DNA from: the human T2T-CHM13v2.0 reference genome, Homo sapiens
Assembly (NCBI RefSeq): GCF_009914755.1
Contig: NC_060943.1
DNA: 64,000 nt
Strand: one strand, 5' to 3'
This document shows, piece by piece, positions 1 to 21,033 of the stretch. The position numbers were made by a program, and so were the translations under genes. Positions within the stretch are counted from its first letter, which is position 1. Each line of letters opens with the position of its first letter. Under the pieces are notes generated by a model that was not told the DNA's origin, ran no database searches, and was given only the letters and a program-made list of their open reading frames with translations.

Positions 1-273
1 TATTTGTTGCTGGACACAGTGGCTCACAGAGGCCAAGGAAGGAGGATCACTTGAGCCCAGGAGCTCAAGACCTGCCATGGCAACATGACAAAACCTCTTC
101 TCTACAAAAAATACAAAAAATTAGCTGGATATGGTGGCACGTACCTGTACTCCCAGCTATCCAGGAGGCTGAGGCAGAAGGATAACCTGAGCCTGGGAGA
201 TTGATGCTGCAGTGAACTGTGATTGCAGCACTGCACTCCGGCCTGGGCCACAGAGTGAGAGCCCTTCTAAAAA

Positions 274-281
<8 letters not shown>

Positions 282-308
<27 letters not shown>
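282..308. repeat. (TA)n microsatellite at an Alu poly(A) tail
   Basis: Pure TA run directly after the A-tail of the Alu at ~8-281. Confidence 0.9.
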
Positions 309-314
<6 letters not shown>

Positions 315-445
315 CACTTATTGCAGCTTCAGATTTTTAAAATTAATTGTAAATTGCATTTTCACTACAGCTGGAAAAATAAGAAAATTTTGCACAGAGC
401 CAAGATAAAAATAGATGTCAGAAATAAATCATTAGTCTTATATAG

Positions 446-583
<138 letters not shown>

Positions 584-1541
584 TGAGTAGCTGGGATCAC
601 AGGCACGTGCCACCACACCTGGCTAATTTTTGTATTTTTAGTAGAGATGGGGTTTCACGATATTGGCCAAGCTGGTCTCGAACTCCTGGCCTTGTTATCC
701 ACAAGCCTTGGCCTCCCAAAGTGCTGGGATTACAGGCGTGAGCCACCGCACCCAGTCTCAAAATTCTTAATTTTTTTCTTCTTCAGATGTGGTGTAGTAC
801 ATTTCTTAAGTCTGTCCTTTTTTGTGGATGATTTCTTTATTTCTTTTTCTTTCTTTCTTTCCTTTTTTTTTTTTTAAGATAGGGTCTGGCTTTGTTGCCC
901 AGACTGGGATGAGGTAGCACAATCTCAGCTCACTGCAATCTCCATCTTCCAGGCACAAGCTATCCTCCCACCTCAGCCTCCGTAGTAGCTGAGACCACAG
1001 GCACACACCACTACACCCAAAGTGCTGGTATTACAAGTTTGAGCCACAGTGCATGGCCATTTTTGGATGATTTGTAACAGAGTTTCAGGGCATAGCGTTG
1101 AGAATGCTGATTGGGAAAAGAAATAGAGAAAATCTTTTATTACAGCTTGAGAAAATGAATAATCTTCCACAATAAAGTATAGTAGATAAATTGGTGAATT
1201 ACAAAGATTCAGCAAAATACCAGTCCTCCTTTGCAGGTTGGGGAACTTGTAATGGTGGATAACTCTTCTTCTTCCTGTTATCTGTGGGGTAAGACCTGGC
1301 TGGCAACTGTTGTCATATGTTTGTGTTCACATATGATTAATGTGTAGTATGTGCTTTGTTATCATGGAAATAATAATGAAATAATATTGTGCACCTTAAT
1401 AAGATAATAAGATTCAGAGAATATGATTAAATGCTGAGTTTATCTGAGCACATAGTTTGAGGATAGCCACTGGGGAAACAGATATCCTGAAGAGTGGGGT
1501 CAGTGCTCCAACACGGGGAATTTGAGTCTTCTCTTCTATAG

Positions 1542-1935
<394 letters not shown>

Positions 1936-3051
1936 CTGCTTTAACTTTTTGTAAGGAGGGGTAGTGGTCTCAAAAGGATCCTACCTCTGGCACTTCTCTG
2001 TCTTTTCTAATCATTTACAGCCTAAGAACAAGGAAGAGAATCTTTTTGACATGCACAGGGAAGGAGCAATTACATAGTAGTGTAAACACATTTCTCAATA
2101 TGTTTATTGACTGAAAGGGTTAGATACTTTTATTTTCCCTGATGAGGATGAAAGGTAAGTGCCTTATAAATTCCTGCCTGCCTGTAAACATAAACTGAGT
2201 TTGAGAGATTTTGCTGGATTCTTCAAACAGTGGGTATTTTCTCATTGAAACAGAGGCCTGAGTCCAGGGACTGCAAGCTAAGGCCAATGACAAGCCTACA
2301 AAGAGAGGTCATTGAAAGCTCACACCAGGCGCATTGGCTCACACTTATAATCCCAGCACTTTGGGAGGCCAAGGTGGGCAAATCATGTGAGGTCGGGAGT
2401 TCGAGACCAATCTGGTCAACATGACGAAATCCCATCTCTACTAAAAATACAAAAATTAGCCGGGTGTATTGGCTCACGCCTGTAATCCCATCCCTTAGGA
2501 GGCTGAGGCATGAGAATCGCTTGAACTCGGGAGGCGGAGGTTACAGTGAGCTGAGATCATGTCATTGCATTCTAGCCTGGGCGACAGAGCTAGACTCTGT
2601 CTCAAAGGAAAAAAAAAAAAAAAAGAAAGCTCACTTGGTTCTTCCCCTGCAGGTGCCCCAGCTACTCACATTGACCATGGGAGGAGCCCTTTATACTGAG
2701 AGAATCTGAGATCCTTGGAAAGCTAGGGATCCACAGGCAGATACGGTAGTCAGTGATGCCCTCCACAAGTGATAATTTTTGTCATGGGGCTTTTCCTAGA
2801 CATTTGTAGTGAAACAAATGTGAGTTTAGGTAAGAAATAACTTTTAATTCTAGACCTTGAAGCCAGCTTGTCCTGCGGGTTGAGCACGGTGGCTCACGCC
2901 TGTAATCCCAGCACTTTGGGAGGCCCAGGCAGGTTGATGATGAGGTCAAGAGATTGAAACCATCCTGGCCAACATGGTGAAGCCCTGTCTGTACTAAAAA
3001 TACAAAATTTAGCTGGGTGTAGTGGCACATGCGTGTAGTCCCAGCTACTCA

Positions 3052-3210
<159 letters not shown>

Positions 3211-3291
3211 CTAGGTACTGAACTTGTAAGTAAAAAAAAATTTTAAATAAGGCCAGGCCCAGTGGCTCACACCTGTAATCCCAGCACTTCA

Positions 3292-3592
<301 letters not shown>

Positions 3593-5928
3593 TCAGTCAG
3601 AAATTCAGGGGCCACTGGTCGTGGTGGCTCATGCCCATAATCTCAGCACTTGGGGAGGCTGAGGTGGGCAGATCACTTGAGGTCAGAAGACAAGTGTGGC
3701 CAGCATGATGAAAACCCATCTCTACGAAAAGTATAAAAATTAACTGGGCATGATGGCACACACCTGTAAACCCAGCTACTCTGGCGACTGAGGCATGAGA
3801 ATCACTTGAACACCAGGGAGGCGGAGGTTGCAGTGAGCCAAGATCATGCTACTGCACTCCAGCCTGGGCTACAGAACAAGACTGTCTCAAAAAAAGAAAA
3901 AAGTTCAGGGACCTGGAGGTAGGAGAGAAACTGAAGCATGCTTTGGTTAATAGATATTTCGTTCTGACTGATCACTAAAGACAAAGCTATTCACCTAATG
4001 GTTTGTGAGGTAAATACTGGAATGTCTAATCTGTATCTGGTTTGTCATAGGTAACAAACGTGGCACAATCTAAGTCATAATGCGAAGGGTGTTTCATTGC
4101 AGTAAGGTGCTCTTGCACAACACAAAGGGTGGGGGATTCTTTTTTTTTTTCTTCTTTTTTTTTGAGACAGAGTCTCGCTCTGTTGCCCAGGGTGGAGTAG
4201 AGTGGCGCAGTCTCGGCTCACTGCAACCTCTGCCTCCCAGGTTCAAACGATTCTCCTTGCTCAGCCTCCTGAGTAGCTGGGACTACAGGCACATGCCACC
4301 TCACCCTGCTCATTTTTGTGTGTGTTTTTAGTAGTGACGGAGTTTCACCGTGTTGATCAGGCTGGTCTCAAAGTCCTGACCTCAAGTGATCCACCTGCCT
4401 CAGCCTCCCGAAGTTCTAGGATTACAGGCATTAGCCATTGCACCTGGCCACATTTAAGAATTTTATTTTATGATTTGGGTGTTAGGATTTTAATTAGCTG
4501 GTTGGAAACTTAGTGAATAGTTTGATAATGTTTGAAGAAGGAAAATGAGTTCTTGAAATAAGCTGTTTTATGCCAAGTCAAAATAATAAAAATATGAATA
4601 CTCAGACACATACCACCCCAAAAAATAAATAGGCCTTGGGCATTTCTGGTGTGTCTCACTTATTTTTGATACGCAAAGGTGACCAAAGTTTTGATTCTTT
4701 TCGTTATTCTTTGTAGCTTTGTCATCTCTTTGTCACAAAGCAGAATTTTGCCACTTTTGAATTTTTAGTAACAGAATATTACCATTAATACACCATTAGT
4801 ATTATGCTGAGAGGGTGTCTTTCTGGTTTTCTTGCCTGAGCCTGTTGCAAACATGCTGCTCCGTGAAGTTGTGGGTCACGTAATTGACTTGCCCATTCCA
4901 CTACTTAATGGCACTTGAGTTGGTTCAAGTTTATCTTTTGATCTTATTGACAATGCTCTTCTTGTTTTTATTCCTAATTGGAAATACAACAGAAATTTTT
5001 ACACATTGGGAAACAATTGCTGGGTTGTAGATTATGGATAAATTCAAATTTACTAGGAAATGTGGATAGAGTATGAATGTAACTTATGAGTTAACCATCT
5101 CACCTTTCATGCATGTGTCTTTATTCTTGTGATTTGCCAACACTTTGAATTATCTAACTCACTTTTTGTTGCCCGTCTACTCTTAGACAGAATTTCTGTG
5201 TTTCTTTTTGCTTTTTACTTGCTGCCGTTGGTTGAGCATTTTTCTTATATGATCTTTCATCTTCTGTGTAGCAGATTCCAGTCATCCTCTTACATTTGAC
5301 TAATTTGTAGGGTTTTTTTTTCCTTTTTTCTTTTTTTTTAATTTGAGACAGTCTTGCTCTGTAGCCCAGATGGAGTGCAGTGGTCACTCACTGCTCACTG
5401 TAGCATCAGGCTCGTGGGCTTGAGCAATCCTCCCACCTCAGCTTTCTGCCCAGTTAATTTTAAAAAATTTTTTTGTGGAGACAGGGATCTCACTGTTTTG
5501 CCCAGGCTGCTCTCGAACTCCTGGGCTCAATCAATTCTCCTGCCTCGGCCTCCCAAAGTGCTGGGATTGCAAATAGGAGCCACCACACTCAGCAATGAGG
5601 GTTTTTTTTTTTGTTTTAAACAAGATATCCGTACATGTTTCTGACCAATATTTTATTTAAAATCTTTAAGAACTACATATTAACAAAGGTTATTCTGTTT
5701 TTCATTTTCTGTTTTCCATTTTCATTATGACTACTTGTTTTTCTTTCTTATTCTCATTTTTTTCCTAGATCATTACAATAATTTTCCATGTAGTGGCCCT
5801 GGCATGCATTTTGATCCTTCATGCAATCATACAGCTACCTCGATGTCCATTCTCTCTGCCATTCTGAAATTGGACCTCACTCCTTTTTGACTCTAGCTCT
5901 CCATCTGCTATGTGATAAAGTCCTGTCT

Positions 5929-6353
5929 TGTGATGGTTACTATGGGACTGAATGAAGAAGGGCAGATGCAGAAATAAAGACAAAAGATCTATGTTAAAGA
6001 AGGGATCAGGGGGCTCCTTGCTTCTAGTGAGCAAGGGCCCTGAGCTTCTATAGCCCTTTGTTTTTATTGGGTAGAAAGAGCAGGGAGGAGGAGGTAATGG
6101 TTGGTCAGCTGCTTGATTTATCACAGGTTCACATGATTACTTTCTTTGTACAACAGGCTTCAGATGTGCCTGTAGATAATCACAAGAAACACTGCGCTTG
6201 GGGAGTAACTGCCCTCAGCATTCTTTCTGGGTGGCAGACGTAGTTTGTCAGTTTGCCAACAAGCTGCATTCATGAGAAGAGTTTGCTGTTTGCTCATTAG
6301 CCTCCAGTGGTATACTGAGTTGATCAGGACCCCCATTCTTTCAGCCTCCAACA
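5929..6353 (-). mobile_element. Solo LTR, MER9-type (HERV-K HML-3 group)
   Basis: TG...CA termini; perfect 6-bp TSD ctgtct (5923-5928 and 6354-6359); clear similarity to the provirus LTRs at 15489 and 22769; empty site at 38819-38824. Confidence 0.9.
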
Positions 6354-6387
6354 CTGTCTGATTACATTGTTTCCAAAGCCTCTTTTA

Positions 6388-6900
<513 letters not shown>

Positions 6901-7065
6901 CCCCAAGAGTCCTCACATTAACCATATACTGTCGTACAAGTGCTGCATTTGGATCTACCTGGAATGTCTCCAAGTCTTCTACTTTTCCTCTTGGACCCAT
7001 TGTGAGAATAGGTTTTGCTTCATAGGCAACTGCTGGTGATAGTAGTGATAGCCCATAACAACTAG

Positions 7066-7332
<267 letters not shown>

Positions 7333-10300
7333 TGATCCACCTGCCTTGGCCTCCCAAAGCGCTAAGATTACAGGTGTGAACCACTGTGCTCGGCCTCTTT
7401 TATATGTGTGTGTATATATATATATTCTCTTTTTTAATAAAAGTAAATAGAAACTAGGTCTTACTATGTTGCCCAGGGTGGTCATAGCCCAAGATTTTGG
7501 GCTCAAGCGATCTACCCGCCTCGCTCACCCAAAGTGCTGAGATTAAGGCGTGAGAAACTGTGCCAGGCCAAATGAAAGAAACTTAGTGGGAGGCCTGGCA
7601 CAGTGGCTCACACCTGTAATCCCAGCACTTTGGGAGGCTGAGGCGGGTGGATCACTTGAGCTCAGGAGTTCAAGACCAGCCTGGACAGCATGTTGAAACC
7701 CTGTCTTTACTAAAAATACAAAAAATTAGCCGAGCATGGTAATCCCATTCTCACAGTCATAGAAAGGTTCTTTTTTAAGGATTCTACCTACTTGAGAGCA
7801 TCATATACTGCCAGCACTTGTTCACTTCAAGAGTGTCTGGTTTCATCTCTATGACATAATTACAACCAAAATCCTAAAGGAACTGATTTACCACACTGTG
7901 TTTGCCATAAGGCCCAATTTGTACCTGCAGCAGCAGCTGTATCATCCCAACTCACAGCTCTACCCTCTAAAGGTGTGCCTGAGGCTTGTGATCCAGTCCA
8001 TAGGGAAATATCACTACCTGCTGTGTTTTATAATTGGACCATCCAAGGGTTGTCAGGGTTTTCCCAGAGAGTTTTGTGGGATTTTTTTTTTTTTTTGAGA
8101 CCAGGTCTTGCTGAAGTTAGTATGGCAGCATACTAACACATTAACCTGTCGAAAGCTTCCTGCAGAGCTGTGTCCCAGTCTCAAAGTGCCCCTTTCTAAT
8201 AATTCTATATATTGGTATCAAACTTTGGGCTAAGTGTCAGATAAATGCTCTCCAATAATCCAAAGACCAACAAATGTCTGGATTTCTTTTTTCTTTTTTG
8301 TTTTTTAAGAGACATAGTGTGGTTCTGTTTCCCAGGCTGGAGTGCAGTGGTGGGATCATATAGCTCACTGCAGAAACTCCTGGGATCAAGGGATCCTCCT
8401 GCCTCAGCCTCCCAAGTAGCAGGGAATAAAGGCACATGCCACCATGCCCAATTGTTTATAAATTTTTTTGTACAGATGGAGTCTCACTGTATTTTCCAGG
8501 CTGTTCTTGAACGCCCAGGCTCAAGTGATTCCCCAACCTCAGCCTCCCAAAGTGCTGAGATTACAGTCATGAACCAATGCACCCAGCCCTGAAAAGGAAA
8601 TATTTCTAATGGAAATTCAAAGGGAGAACATCTAATGTTCAAGTTGATGTCTATAGAGCAGTTAACGGGAACTATCATTTAGGGTCTGTGGGATTCTAGG
8701 ACACTAGGTATGAAACAAATATGAGGAAGGTCAGAGAACAAGCTGACTTAATGATTAATGCTGAAGGTGCTGCCAGCTTGGTTTAAGTTTTCCTCCTCCC
8801 TTCCTCCCTGATGAATTTGATAAAGTTTAAAGGGATGGTTTCACCAGGGGCCTTTTACATTGACAGCAAGGAGGTCATCCGCCTGGTAAATCCTCAGTAG
8901 TCCAAGCCTCTTACATGGCTAGAATGATCCAGTCCATAAGGAAACGTCACCACCCTCTGTGTTTTACAATTAGACCATCCAAGGGGGTCAGGGTTTCCCC
9001 AGGGAATTTGGTGGGATTTTTTTTTTTTTTGAGACCGTGTCTTGCTGAAGTACAGTAGCCTGATCAAAGCTCACAGCAGCCTCAAACTTTGGGGCTCGAG
9101 TAATCCTCCTGCCTCAGGCTCCTGAGTAGCTGAGACTAAGGGTACACACCACCTCTCCAGGCTAATAAAAAAAAAATTATGGAGATGGGAGTGTCTCACT
9201 TCACTGCTCAGGGTGGTCTTCAACTTCGGGCTTCAAGTGATCCTCCCACTTTGGCCTCCTAAAATGTTGGGATTGCAGGTGTAAGCCATGGCACCCGGCC
9301 TCCCAGGCTGTTGTTGAAAGGTCTTTGCAATCTCTAAGAGTTCTGCAGCAGTTTATTCCCTGACAGTGAGAGTCTCATCCTTTCACCCCATTTTGCAGCA
9401 GTAGTTGGGTGTTCACTTTTCTTTCCATAAGGAAGCGAGCTTGCCAGTGACCCTCATCCCCCTCCTCATCGATGACTTCTTTGTCATCAGAGCCTTCCTC
9501 TTCATAAATTCCCACGGAATCCAAGTTTTCACGTCCCAAATTATGATAGCCACAGGCCCTCACCAGCTGCCATAGCACCCCATTTCATGGAAGCCACCTG
9601 ACTCTTCTTTGAGCATCCTGTCCCAGGAGCCCCCATCTGTGCTCTCCCGGGCTCCAGGCCCTAGAGCCGCGCTGCTGCAGAGCCCAGTTCCCAGGGCTGC
9701 TCCCTCCACGTATCCACATCCATCTCCAGCTTTCCACCCTTTCTCTGACCAGACAGGCCTGGAGGTGCTGCAGTGTCAGTGACCGTGGGTCCCTCCGCTG
9801 CCACCTCCACCGCGATCTGGAAGTCTTTTAAATGTACTTAAGTTATCTTAGAATTTTCCTTCCCCACTTTATACATAAACATAGGAGGAGAGCAGGGACT
9901 CTGCTGGTGTCTTATTCACACAATGGGATTGAGGGTGTTTGTGTCATGGAACTGATCAATGGGGTGAGAAGTAGCTGAATAACCTGCAGGGGCAGCAGAG
10001 CCCGAGGCCAGTGACTCCACGCTGAGGCCAGTCTGGAGCCTGCAAAGGAAGGGAAAGGAGCTTTTCCTGGGGGCTTCCTGGGCAGCCCGCCCTCCCCTAC
10101 AGGTGGCCTCCAGCTGCTCAGAGCAGCTCCAGAAGGAGTGTGGATTCCGAGAAGCTGTAGGGCCCTGGAAAGCAGAAGACCTTCGTGCAGACGCATTTGT
10201 GGGGTTCTGTCCTTTCTGGTGTTGTACCTCTGGAGCCTGGGGCTGTCTTCTGGGCAGGGTTTGGGGTTTGACATACATGGGGTCGCTGGAGTCAGAGTTA

Positions 10301-10849
10301 TTTGTATATATAAAGAAAATGTGTGAAAATCAGGCTAGAGACACAATTGTTTGGTGGCGTCACCTGGATAAAAGGTTTATGAGGTTGACAGTTTATTTAG
10401 GTCCGAAGCTTAACCCCAGGTGAGAGTTTCCTGCAGGTGAAAATGAAGATCTGGAAGGACGGAGCATTTTCATACTGTGAGGAGGGGATGGGGGTGTGTG
10501 AGCAAGTCTTGGCCATGCCTCATCCCCAATTCCGGCCCGCTCGAGGAAATATGCCTCTCCTCCTGGTGCAGTCTTGCCTGGCCTGGTCTCGGTTCCCCTG
10601 CTGCTCTGAGGCAGGAGATGGCTCCTGTGGACACTGAGTCTGAAATTCCCTGCACACTCCTGTGACCCCGTGCAGAACGAAGGAGCGGGGACAGTCCTTT
10701 GAGTGAGGAAGACGCTAGTGTTCTCTTCTAACAATAGCAAGTTTGGCTGAAATGCAACTATCCAATAACCCGAGTGCAGGAAGCAGCTCGTGTAAGCTTA
10801 GAGAAGCTGTTGCTAGAATCTGTCAGTCTGGCTCCGCAGGGCCTGATAC

Positions 10850-11480
10850 CCAGGGCTTCCGCTGTCACTTAGACGTGGGGGGCGGGGCCGAACATTCCAT
10901 CCAATCAGAGGCACTGGCTCGGGGCCCTGCCCACTGTGCATCCAGGCACGGAGGATGTTGCATTCCTGCCGTCACCTTTGTCGCTGCGAGGGCGGCGGTT
11001 GGGATCTGGCCTTTCCAGCCCCGAGAGGGACCTAGTGCCTCTACCCAGATTTCTGTCGCTCTGTCACCTGCGCTATGCCCTGCTTTACTCACAGGAGCTG
11101 TAGAGAGGACCCCGGTACATCTGAAAGCCGGGAAATGGTGCGTGTGCTGGCCGGGAGTGGTGCGATGGGGGAGGGGCTGCCTGGAACTGGCGGGACCCGG
11201 GCCTCCCTGTGGGCGACTCCGGGGTCTGGGACCGAGTCCTCCTAGAGCTGCTCGGCCCTCGGTCCCCGCGGCCGCTGGATGTGGGTGGGCCGGCAGCCGG
11301 GACTCCGGGCGTCCTGTCCCGTCCCTGCCCGTCGACTGCGGCCTTGGCCCCGAAGCCCTTTTGTGCAGCTCCGCGCCCGCAGCCCGACGCCCCAGCTTGT
11401 GCGGGGGCCACGGGAGGGTCATGCGCGGATTTCGACTCGGGTGTGGATTTCGTCCGTAGGAGGAGCAGCGGTCTGTGGGG
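10850..11480 (+). promoter_or_regulatory. CpG-island promoter of KRAB-ZNF gene 1
   Basis: CpG-rich; GC box ggggcgggg at ~10878-10888 and CCAAT at 10901-10905 upstream of exon 1; same layout at ~49934-49962. Confidence 0.9.
11075..11137 (+). CDS. ZNF439: KRAB-ZNF gene 1 exon 1 ([21 protein letters not shown])
   Basis: 21 codons ending gaaATG|gtgcgt donor, a typical KRAB-ZNF first exon; phase 0 matches exon 2. Confidence 0.8.
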
Positions 11481-11594
11481 CCCACAGCCTCCACTTTCTC
11501 CTGTTAAAAATTATACTGAGGTACGTTAACAAAAAGTTCATTTGAGGAAACAGCCATTCACGAATGAGAAACACCCGGTCCTGGCTTGTGGTTT

Positions 11595-12517
<923 letters not shown>

Positions 12518-12837
12518 TGATCCACCCCCCTCGGCCTCCCAAAGTGCTGGGATTACAGATGTGAGCCACATCGCCATGCCAGAAGATATGTTTTTATTTT
12601 TGTTTTACATGTTTAAGGCTAGGCTTTTATAAGGTACATGAGGAGACAAACCAGATAAATGCTTGATTGGTTGCAGAGATGCAGTCGCCTTATTTGGACT
12701 TGTCAACCGGAAATAATCAAAAGGTTCAGATTTCAGTTGGAAGAGTTTATTCAAGCAGAAAGATAGCAATGACCAAAACACAGACTCCAGAAAAATGGAC
12801 TCAGTACTCCAAAATTGGAAGTTATGTTCTTGCTTAT

Positions 12838-13790
12838 ATTACTGAAAAAAGAGGTCCTGATCAGACCCCAAGAGAGTTCTTGGATCTCACACAGGAAGGA
12901 ATTCAAGACGAGTCACAAAGTGCAGTGCGAAGAGAGTTTATTGAAAGCTACTCTGGGCCAGCATGATGGCTTAGGCCTGTAATCCAAGCACTTTGGGAGG
13001 CCCAGGCGAGAGGATCACTTGAGCTCAGGAGTTCGAGACCAGCCTGGGCAACTTAGCGAAACCCCGTCTCTTCCAAAAATAAGAAAAATTAGCCGGATGT
13101 GGTGGCCTGTGCCTGTAGTCTCAGTTACTCAGGAGGCTGAGGTGGGACAATCACTTGAACCTGGGAGGCAGAGGTTGCAGCCCAGCCGAGGATGCGCCAC
13201 TGCACTCCAGCCTGGGTAACAGAGTGAGACCCCATCTCAAAAAACAAAAACAAAACAAACAAACAAAAAAGAGTTGAAGACCAACCTGGCCAACACAGCG
13301 AGACCCTGTCTCTATTTAAAAAAATAAAAAAGAAGAAGAAGAAGAAAGAAAGCTTCTCTGTTACAGAGTAGGGCATCCTCATACAGCAAGAGGAGGAATG
13401 TACTGTCTTAAGTTTTTCTTATGTAGGGATCTTGTCTATGTAAAGAATAAACTAAGCTGTGCCTACCTGCATGTGGGCTGACAGCATCACAAAATTTATT
13501 ACTCTGTTGATTTAAAGAAAACTATCCTTTACATTTTAGTGCACAAGTGCATTAAAGCATAACTATAATTACCTTGAAAGCACATATTATGGGTATTGGG
13601 GTATTGGGACATCGGGACATTCTGTCGTTGTGGGAGTGTAAGGATACTTGCAGGCATCTTCAGGCTGTTTTCTTCATGGGAAACATTTTATGACTATGGG
13701 TTGTGACTGGCAAGGAGTGTTTCTTGTTAGTCTCAAGATGGAGCTGGTTGGTCTTTCTCTGGCTCCCCTAGGCACCTGCTTCCCTAACAC
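12838..13790. mobile_element. LTR8/MER4-group LTR-like element with nested Alus (paralog ~53235-54110)
   Basis: ggtcctgatcagaccccaagagagttcttggatctc...agaattc start; tcaagatggag...ttccctaaca end. Confidence 0.55.
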
Positions 13791-14639
13791 TTATATAGGG
13801 AAACGGCAAATAAATATAATAGGATTACATTTTCCATAGAAGGCTGATGTATGAGGTACAATAATTTAATTTTTTTTTTTTTTTGAGGCAATGTCTTGCT
13901 CTGTGGCCCAGGCTGGAGCAGTGGTGCCATCACGGCTTACTGCAGCCTTGACTTCCCCATCTTGAGCACCTCCGCCTCCCAAGTAGCTGAGACTATAGTC
14001 GCCCACTACCACACCTGGGTAATTTTTAATTTTTTATGGAGGTGGGGTCTCGATACATTGCCCAGGCTTGTCTCTAGCTCCTGGCCTCAAACAGTCCTCC
14101 TTCTTTGGCCTCCACAAGTCTTGGGATTGCAGGCGTTAGCCAGTGCACCTGGCTAACAACTTAATTTGTTATCGTTTGCTTTTTTCCCCCAGAGCTTGTT
14201 TTCTTTTCTTTCTAGCTGGTTTTTATTTCCTTTTCAATTTAAAAGAGTGAATTCAACATTCCAACTGAAGACAATGTGATAGCCATGAAGTCTTTGTGTG
14301 AGAAAGTTAAGAGGGAAGTTAGTCTACTACAGAGATCAGTAGTGAAGAGGGGCCCAGTGGGATGGCTCACACCTGTAACCCCAGCACTTTGGGAGGCTGA
14401 GGCAGGTGGATGGCTTGATCTCAGGAGTTCAAGCCTGGGCAACATAGTGAGACCCCCCATCTCAATTGTGAAAAATCATATTAAATAAATTAAAAATAGC
14501 AAAGAGGGAAAGGGTCTTTCCTGTTTCCCTTCAGTCATTTACAACATTTTATAAAACAGTATAGGTAAGAAGGAAGGCGAATCTGTAATCAAGGAAAGAG
14601 GTGTTCCAGCTGGCTATTTGAAAGCTGTGTGTCATGTGA

Positions 14640-15065
<426 letters not shown>

Positions 15066-15155
15066 TAATCAGAGGTTAATTGGTGGACTGTGCCTGATTA
15101 AGCATAAATTTCATTTTTCTATAAATTAGTAATTTTATTTATTTATTTTTTTTGA

Positions 15156-15260
<105 letters not shown>

Positions 15261-15488
15261 TGAGAAGCTGGGATTACAGGCGCCTGCCACCACGCCTGGC
15301 TAATTTTTGTATTTTTAGTAGAGACTTGGTTTCACCATGTTGGCCAGGCTGGTCTCGAACTCTTGACCTCGTGATCCACCTGCCTTGGACTCTCAAAAGT
15401 GCTGGGATTACAGGTGTGAGCCACCACGCCTGGCCTAAATTAGTAATTTTCAAGAGTTGTATTTCAATTTGATTTCAGGGTCGTTAGG

Positions 15489-15918
15489 TACCACGGACCC
15501 TACTGGATTGAACAAAGGAGGACGAATGCGGGAATAAAGACAAAGGCAAAAGAATATGTTTGGAACAAGGGGTCAGGGGGCTTCTTGCTTGTAGTGAACG
15601 TGGGCCCCGAGCTTCTAGCACCCTTCATGTTTACTGAGTAAAGGGGATAGAGAGAAGCGGGTGGTTGTAGGTCAGCTACTTGATTTAGAGCAGGCCTGCA
15701 TGACTGCATTTTTCAAACAATAGGCTCCAGATGTCCCAGTAGATAACCTCAAGCAGCACAGCACCAGGGAGTGATTGTCCTCAGTATACCTTCTGGCAGC
15801 AGAAGCAGATGTGAGTTTGCCCACATTCTGCATTCATGATAAACAGTTCACTGTTTATCATATAGCCTTCAGTGGAAAGCTGAGTTGGTCACAACCTTTG
15901 GGCCTTGGGCTCCCAACA
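15489..15918 (-). mobile_element. 3' LTR (MER9) of the HML-3 provirus
   Basis: Direct repeat of 22769-23192; preceded on - by the polypurine tract aaacagaaagggagaga (15919-15935). Confidence 0.92.

Positions 15919-21012
<5,094 letters not shown>

Positions 21013-21033
<21 letters not shown>

Noticed and set aside
10743-11545. Long overlapping ORFs (238 aa +, 209 aa -) at the first CpG island
   Set aside because: Stop-poor GC-rich DNA; frames are not conserved in the paralogous island at 49800-50620; no domain
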